Part shown: one piece after another, positions 63,915 through 64,000 of the stretch
How the letters are laid out: each line of letters begins with the position of its first letter
How positions within the stretch are numbered: the first letter of the stretch is position 1
Position numbers and translations under genes: made by a program
The notes under the pieces: generated by a model
Told to the model about the DNA's origin: nothing
Seen by the model: the letters and a program-made list of their open reading frames with translations, nothing else
Databases searched by the model: none
Source of the DNA: Amoebidium appalachense
Lineage: Eukaryota; Protista; Ichthyosporea
Reading direction: 5' to 3'
Length of the DNA: 64,000 nt
NCBI GenBank assembly: GCA_963693365.1
Contig: CAVNZM010000002.1
Coordinates: forward strand, 15,161,615 to 15,225,614

Positions 63915-64000
63915 GTAGCCCCTCACCCCCTTAACCCCCGCCCCCCCCCCCCCCCCTTACCCCAGACCCCACCCCCACCCACTTTGAATCTTAGCAGAAC

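Overview
Intron-rich eukaryotic DNA, not prokaryotic. Introns and intergenic DNA are full of poly-C/poly-G and (CA)n/(TG)n tracts, which explain nearly all ORFs in the supplied track. Manual splicing (GT..AG, phases checked) gives: the 3' end of a mitoguardin (MIGA/FAM73)-like gene (1007-3587, +); a 12-exon bHLH-PAS gene (26336-38706, +); the 5' part of an ABCC10/MRP7-like transporter (57508 to window end, +); and five highly diverged paralogs (A-E) of a family I do not recognise. That family has a short acidic exon, a helical exon ending in a basic motif, and a large exon starting xGPxxCPxC. Three paralogs end in a MYND zinc finger whose 105-nt core is almost identical in DNA although the rest of the proteins barely align. 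Four paralogs form head-to-head pairs of one MYND-less and one MYND-bearing gene. Mobile DNA includes a TA-flanked TIR element carrying a non-transposase gene, a MITE-like element, nested non-LTR retrotransposon 3' ends, a 29-bp insertion with a 7-bp TSD and a visible empty site, and a ~125-bp intronic repeat. Gene content hints at a holozoan, possibly unicellular (inference only). All family assignments come from motif recognition; no searches were run.
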